Shown in pieces: positions 35,113 through 39,282 of a stretch of 39,282 nt of DNA. The notes under the pieces were generated by a model that was not told where the DNA came from, searched no databases, and saw only the letters and a list, made by a program, of their open reading frames with translations. The stretch's first letter is position 1. Every line of letters begins with the position of its first letter. This stretch comes from Minisyncoccota bacterium (GTDB lineage Bacteria > Patescibacteriota > Minisyncoccia > Phycocordibacterales > Phycocordibacteraceae), in assembly GCA_036384675.1 (NCBI GenBank), contig DASVLW010000015.1, positions 1 through 39,282 of the forward strand, given 5' to 3'. The position numbers and the translations under genes were made by a program.

Positions 35113-35955
35113 ATGCAAGCGGAATCAACGCTTCCTCTCACTGATATCGATGCGACGCTGTCGAATCGGGAGATATTCAATGCTCTCGTCTACACGCCCT
35201 GGGACGAGGCGCTCAAAGAGCTCGAGCGCCGGCAGGAAGACTCCGCCTTGACCGCGTATCTGGAGCGCATGTTCCCGAACGGCATTCCCGAAGCCATGCG
35301 CGGCAAGAAGAGCATGGTGCTCTTCAGAAATGTCGCGACGTCGAATTACGAGATGCATCGGTTTATGATGGCCGCCGATTCGCTCGGCAGCCTCAATCCG
35401 TTCATCCTCGAATACACGCGGGATAAATTCAATGATCGGAACGAGGGCAAGTACTTCCTCGGCAAGCTCTGCTTCCATAAGGGTATGAATAAAAAGGGAG
35501 AGGCGGTATGGGAGAGCCTCCGCATCATGGATTTCAATGCGAGTAACAATGTCCCTCTTAACGAGGTGAAAACACTCTGGGGCCAATCATTAGTCGATTT
35601 TCATCATGAATTATTCGAGCGGAGCTTCCCACGGCAAACGGATAGAGTCATAGACGTATCCGAGTGGGTTCGTTCTTTCGGCGGACGCGCGAAAGATTAC
35701 TACAAGCCGTTCTTCTCGCTTTTCCTGCGCGATGGCATCCTGTTCGAGAATTATCTTCTGGACACCAAAGAAGGACCGTTTACCAAAGAGGTCATCCTGC
35801 CAGCTCTTACAGAGATAATGCATGAAACCGGCCTCAAGCCGCTCATCGTCGCTCTTGAGCCCACTCACATAGAAGGAGACCAGTTCTGGTATGCGCATCC
35901 TCTCAGGGACATGGTGATTACTCGGGAGAAGCTGGACAGGGGTCTGGTATCATGA
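35113..35955 (+). CDS. Hypothetical protein (uncharacterised, soluble)
   Basis: 280-aa ORF with no overlapping alternative and lower GC. No motif was recognised. Confidence 0.7.
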   Translation: MQAESTLPLTDIDATLSNREIFNALVYTPWDEALKELERRQEDSALTAYLERMFPNGIPEAMRGKKSMVLFRNVATSNYEMHRFMMAADSLGSLNPFILEYTRDKFNDRNEGKYFLGKLCFHKGMNKKGEAVWESLRIMDFNASNNVPLNEVKTLWGQSLVDFHHELFERSFPRQTDRVIDVSEWVRSFGGRAKDYYKPFFSLFLRDGILFENYLLDTKEGPFTKEVILPALTEIMHETGLKPLIVALEPTHIEGDQFWYAHPLRDMVITREKLDRGLVS

Positions 35956-35965
35956 ACCCATACCT

Positions 35966-36337
35966 ATGAAGGGATCACCGGTCTACGTTCTCCTTCTCAT
36001 CATCGGCGCACTGCTCGTGGTGGTCGCGTATCGATATGAAGAATATGTCCAGTTGCGGAATTTCACGCTCGTCGTAAACGGTCCCTGCGATCCTGCCGCG
36101 CACGACTGCTTCGTTTCTGATTGCTCAACGGATGATGATCCGAGCTGCGACACGACCCCGTACGACAAAATAGAGATTACGGACAATCAAGCGCCAGCAT
36201 GCCTAGAAGAGCACGCCTGTACGGAATTCTCGTGCCCCGCAGATTCCGATAGCTGCTCGATCACCTATTGCTCGGCGGACGCCCTCGAAGACGGCGAGAC
36301 GTGCAGCGCCGAGCCTTCTGACAACACTCAACTATGA
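35966..36337 (+). CDS. Small membrane-anchored, acidic, Cys-rich protein
   Basis: N-terminal TM (VYVLLLIIGALLVVVAY) followed by about 85 aa with 10 Cys and many Asp/Glu. Its stop overlaps the kinase start (ATGA). Confidence 0.7.
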   Translation: MKGSPVYVLLLIIGALLVVVAYRYEEYVQLRNFTLVVNGPCDPAAHDCFVSDCSTDDDPSCDTTPYDKIEITDNQAPACLEEHACTEFSCPADSDSCSITYCSADALEDGETCSAEPSDNTQL

Positions 36338-38013
36338 TGGCTGGCATTTCTTTCATCAACGTTCATTACTGCTACGCGTACCTGCTCGATCAGATACCAG
36401 TCGGATTGCTGCTATATTCGCACATACCGACCGCTATCATCGCGGTGTTATTCGGCGGATTCGTGGCGACTCAGGCCCGCAAACTCTCTGGCGTTACGCT
36501 TTTTATCGTATGCCTTGCGTTCGCAGGCTGGTGCGCCGCAGACCTTGCCTCATGGTTCGCTTTTCTCGGTTCGGGTCTCACGATGTTCACGTGGACGCTT
36601 GTGGACCTGTTTGCCGTCGTATTCTTCTTCTTCGCATACTATTTCCTCTATACCTTCCTCGCCGAACGTGATCTTCCAATGTGGCAGAAAATCGCGAGCG
36701 TCGTTATACTCGCGCCCGCATTCATTTATACATTCCTCGGTACCAATCTCACTGGATACGATGCAAATACCTGCGAGGCTCTGGAAAGCCAGTGGATCGT
36801 GCTTTACCCATATGTCGTGGAAGCTGTTTACCTGATTGCAGTCGTGGTATTCGCGATTGCGCGCTATCTGAAATCGCGATCGACGGTCGAGCGAAGGAAA
36901 GCTATTCTCGCGAGTACCGGCGTATTCCTGTTTTTGCTGTTCTTCTTCGTAGCGACGCTTGCGGTCAACCTACTCGTCAATTACGACTCGGCCGAGGAAT
37001 TCGCTTACAACTTCGGTATTTATGGACTCTTCGGCATGCCGGTTCTTCTCGGTTATCTAAGCTATCTTATCGTCAGATATCATGCTTTCGACCTTAAAAT
37101 ATTCGGCGCACAGGCCCTGATACTTGCGCTCGCGGTCTTGCTTGCGGCCGAAGTCGTATTCACGACGAGCGTCGTGAACCAGATACTCATCGCTATCACG
37201 CTGTTTATCACGGCTGTCTTAGGTATTATCCTCATCCGCAGCGTCCGGCGCGAGATAGAGCAGCGCGAACACATCGAGAAGCTCGCCAAGGACCTCGCGG
37301 TCGCGAACGACCGGCTCAAAGAACTCGATCAGCTCAAGAACGAGTTCCTTTCCGTGGCGTCGCACCAGCTGCGCGCGCCGATAGCGGCCATCCGCGGCTA
37401 TGCGGCCAATATCCTCGACGGCAGCTACGGCGCCGTCCCTGCGCCGCTCACGCAGCCGCTCGGCGTCATCCAGGAGTCTTCAAGGCTCATGGTCAACTCC
37501 ATCGAGGACTACCTGAACATCTCGCGCATCGAGCAAGGCCGCATGAAGTACGAGAAGAGCGACTTCGACTTCGGCAAGCTGGCGGAGGAAGTCACGAGCG
37601 AACTGCAGCCGGTGGCGGGCGCGAAGAAGATTGCGCTCTCGTACCATGGCGCGGACGGCGTCATGGTGAACGCGGATGTCGGCAAGGTGAAGCAGGTCAT
37701 CACGAACCTCATCGACAACGCCATCAAATACACCGAACAGGGCAGCGTCGCGGTCTCGATAGAAAAGAAGGACGGCAAGGCGGTCTTCATGACGAAAGAC
37801 ACGGGTATTGGCATCGCTCCCGAAGAAATAGACAAGCTGTTCTCGAAGTTCACCCGCGCGCGCGACGCGAACAAGGTGAATACGACCGGCACCGGCCTCG
37901 GGCTCTACGTCGCCAAGCAGCTGACCGAAGGCAACGGCGGTACGGTGCGCGTCGAGTCCGACGGCCTCGGCAAGGGCTCGCGCTTCATCGTCGAGCTTCC
38001 GGCGAAGGCCTGA
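36334..38013 (+). CDS. Sensor histidine kinase with a multi-TM N-terminal sensor region
   Basis: About 300 aa of repeated hydrophobic helices, a coiled-coil linker, the HisKA H-box FLSVASHQLRAPI, and HATPase_c N, G1 and G2 boxes (NLIDNAIKYT, DTGIGI, GTGLGL). Confidence 0.93.
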   Translation: MMAGISFINVHYCYAYLLDQIPVGLLLYSHIPTAIIAVLFGGFVATQARKLSGVTLFIVCLAFAGWCAADLASWFAFLGSGLTMFTWTLVDLFAVVFFFFAYYFLYTFLAERDLPMWQKIASVVILAPAFIYTFLGTNLTGYDANTCEALESQWIVLYPYVVEAVYLIAVVVFAIARYLKSRSTVERRKAILASTGVFLFLLFFFVATLAVNLLVNYDSAEEFAYNFGIYGLFGMPVLLGYLSYLIVRYHAFDLKIFGAQALILALAVLLAAEVVFTTSVVNQILIAITLFITAVLGIILIRSVRREIEQREHIEKLAKDLAVANDRLKELDQLKNEFLSVASHQLRAPIAAIRGYAANILDGSYGAVPAPLTQPLGVIQESSRLMVNSIEDYLNISRIEQGRMKYEKSDFDFGKLAEEVTSELQPVAGAKKIALSYHGADGVMVNADVGKVKQVITNLIDNAIKYTEQGSVAVSIEKKDGKAVFMTKDTGIGIAPEEIDKLFSKFTRARDANKVNTTGTGLGLYVAKQLTEGNGGTVRVESDGLGKGSRFIVELPAKA

Positions 38014-38037
38014 TCCGGCGCATGCTCATTAAAAAAG

Positions 38038-38062
38038 TGCGCCGTCCCTTAGGAACGGCGCA
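38038..38062. terminator. Bidirectional hairpin terminator between convergent genes
   Basis: tgcgccgt...acggcgca stem flanked by aaaaaa upstream and T-rich sequence downstream. Confidence 0.6.
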
Positions 38063-38078
38063 GGAACCATTTTCATTT

Positions 38079-38666
38079 TTAGGGGCGTGTGCTCTTTTTT
38101 GATTTCTGCCAGAGCTTTCGCCAGCGATCCGCGTAAACCGCAAGGATGTGCTCGTTGATGAGGCGGCCGCCCAGATATTTGTGCTTGGGCAGCGTGGCCT
38201 CATGACGGTAGCCGCATTTCTCACTGTACCGGAGGCTGCGCTTGTTGGCGGCATACACATGCGAGTAGACCTTGCGCAGATTGATCGTGTTGAACGCGAA
38301 GTCGAGCAGCAGCATTTTCGCTTCGGTGCCGTATCCGCGGCATTGGCAATCCTGTTCTCCGATGGCAGCGCCGGTGACGGCGGTTCCATTATCGCGATCG
38401 ATATCGAACAAGCTCATCCAGCCGATCGGCCGATCATGCTCCGGCGTTTCGCCCTTCAGCATGATGATGAACGCGAAGCGATTCAGTTGCTTGCCGCTGT
38501 CCAGGATGGACTGGCGTATTTCGGCTTCCGAGCGCGGATACTGATAACTAAGGTACTTCAGGATATCCGGGTCGTTAGACCATTTGAACAGGCAGGGTAT
38601 GTCAGATTCGATGCGGGGGCGCAGATAAACGCGCGACCCCTCGCGAAAGATAACGCGAGCCGGCAT
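38079..38666 (-). CDS. GNAT family N-acetyltransferase (RimJ/RimL-like)
   Basis: LRPRIESDIPCLFKWSNDPDILKYL and CQCRGYGTEAKMLLLDFAFN are typical of RimJ/RimL-type acetyltransferases. Confidence 0.88.
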   Translation of the reverse strand: MPARVIFREGSRVYLRPRIESDIPCLFKWSNDPDILKYLSYQYPRSEAEIRQSILDSGKQLNRFAFIIMLKGETPEHDRPIGWMSLFDIDRDNGTAVTGAAIGEQDCQCRGYGTEAKMLLLDFAFNTINLRKVYSHVYAANKRSLRYSEKCGYRHEATLPKHKYLGGRLINEHILAVYADRWRKLWQKSKKSTRP

Positions 38667-38798
38667 GTGGTCTCTCCTTATGCAGGGTTCAGTCCTGAAT
38701 ATATATTATACTAATATTATATTTTGTCAAATATGACGCAGATGCGACGTGCGCCCGGATTGAAGCGAGGCAGTATATTTGGTAGTGTCAATCGTACG

Positions 38799-38872
38799 GT
38801 CGGGGTAGCTCAGTTGGTAAGAGCGCAGCATTCATAACGCTGAGGTCGTGGGTTCGACTCCCACCCTCGACA
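38799..38872 (+). tRNA. tRNA with CAU anticodon (elongator Met or Ile2 type)
   Basis: Manual cloverleaf. Acceptor gtcgggg/cctcgac (G5.U68), D arm gctc-agttggtaa-gagc (C11:G24, elongator-like). Anticodon arm cagca-TTCATAA-cgctg (31:39 A.C), T arm gtggg-ttcgact-cccac, discriminator A. Confidence 0.9.
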
Positions 38873-39047
38873 CCGAGAGAGGCGAAGCGAATGAGGGGTT
38901 CGGGGAGCATGGCGCTTGCGCGCCATGCGTGCGGGAGTCGAACGCCGGAGCGATATTCGGCTCGCGGGCCGAACCGCGAGGCAGGGCCGGAACCGAAGGC
39001 AAGCGACGGCGAGCCGGGAGTTCTGGCCGGCCCTTCCCGCGACACCC

Positions 39048-39076
39048 TTGTAAGGAATCGGGAAAAACGCTATATT
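39048..39076 (+). promoter_or_regulatory. Sigma70-like promoter upstream of tRNA-Asp
   Basis: TTGTAA, 17-nt spacer, TATATT, about 70 nt upstream of the tRNA. Confidence 0.5.
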
Positions 39077-39149
39077 CTGGGCACGTTCGACCCGCGGGTG
39101 ACACGCGCATGCGTCTCTCCCTGTGTGCCAACGGACCGCATAACACTAT

Positions 39150-39223
39150 GCGGGAGTAGCTCAACTGGTTAGAGCGCCGCCCTGTCACGGCGGAGGTTGC
39201 GGGTTCAAGTCCCGTCTCTCGCG
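39150..39223 (+). tRNA. tRNA-Asp(GUC)
   Basis: Manual cloverleaf. Acceptor gcgggag/ctctcgc, D arm gctc-aactggtta-gagc, anticodon arm ccgcc-CTGTCAC-ggcgg, T arm gcggg-ttcaagt-cccgt, discriminator G. Confidence 0.92.
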
Positions 39224-39228
39224 CAAGA

Positions 39229-39256
39229 CACAACGTCCCCGAAAGGGGACGTTGTG
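39229..39256 (+). terminator. Hairpin terminator after tRNA-Asp
   Basis: cacaacgtcccc-GAAA-ggggacgttgtg, a 12-bp stem. Confidence 0.7.
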
Positions 39257-39282
39257 CTTAAGCGAGGGAAGGAAGCGCAGCT

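Noticed and set aside
38929-38960. T-arm-like string gggagtcgaacgcc, suggesting a minus-strand tRNA or tRNA fragment in the spacer
   Set aside because: The flanking bases do not form a T stem, an acceptor stem or any other cloverleaf element on the minus strand.
38832-39233. ORFs of 85-133 aa spanning the tRNA cluster on both strands (38788-39045, 38832-39233, 38848-39159, 38891-39172)
   Set aside because: They overlap two well-folded tRNA genes and each other, and have no start context or family signature. They are considered non-coding.

Overview
This is a 39.3 kb bacterial fragment. By eye it is very GC-rich up to about 29.7 kb and clearly less so after that. Coding is dense, mostly on the + strand, with many 4-nt ATGA start/stop overlaps. 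Stop codons, including TGA, behave as in the standard code.

Gene content in order:
- (1) A type IV pilin/pseudopilin cluster at 0.2-8.0 kb. It holds two mosaic tandem major-pilin paralogues, a prepilin peptidase, a third pilin and four minor pseudopilins. Two of the minor pseudopilins carry very large C-terminal glycine-rich and Ig-like modules.
- (2) Housekeeping genes ligA, gatC and gatA.
- (3) A low-GC pocket with a free-standing HNH endonuclease gene, next to an initiator-like tRNA-Met(CAU) gene. The anticodon loop of that tRNA is interrupted by a 244-nt ORF-less group I intron.
- (4) A complete cyoABCDE quinol-oxidase/heme O synthase operon.
- (5) An accessory-looking block: a type III P-type ATPase, an FNR-like reductase, a Yx(FWY)xxD repeat lipoprotein, a beta-class GST and an adaptor/ABC/FtsX efflux system.
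- (6) A lower-GC region with argS, a short SpeA-like decarboxylase, two GNAT genes, several uncharacterised proteins, an orphan multi-TM histidine kinase translationally coupled to a small Cys-rich protein, and tRNA-Met/Ile2(CAU) and tRNA-Asp(GUC).

The pilin signal type, sparse metabolism and a stand-alone cyo operon are compatible with a Patescibacteria/CPR-like (for example Saccharibacteria-like) organism. Taxonomy cannot be established from this window.

The most interesting items are the chimeric adhesin-like pseudopilins and the intron-containing initiator-like tRNA. No CRISPR array, rRNA gene or transposase was seen.
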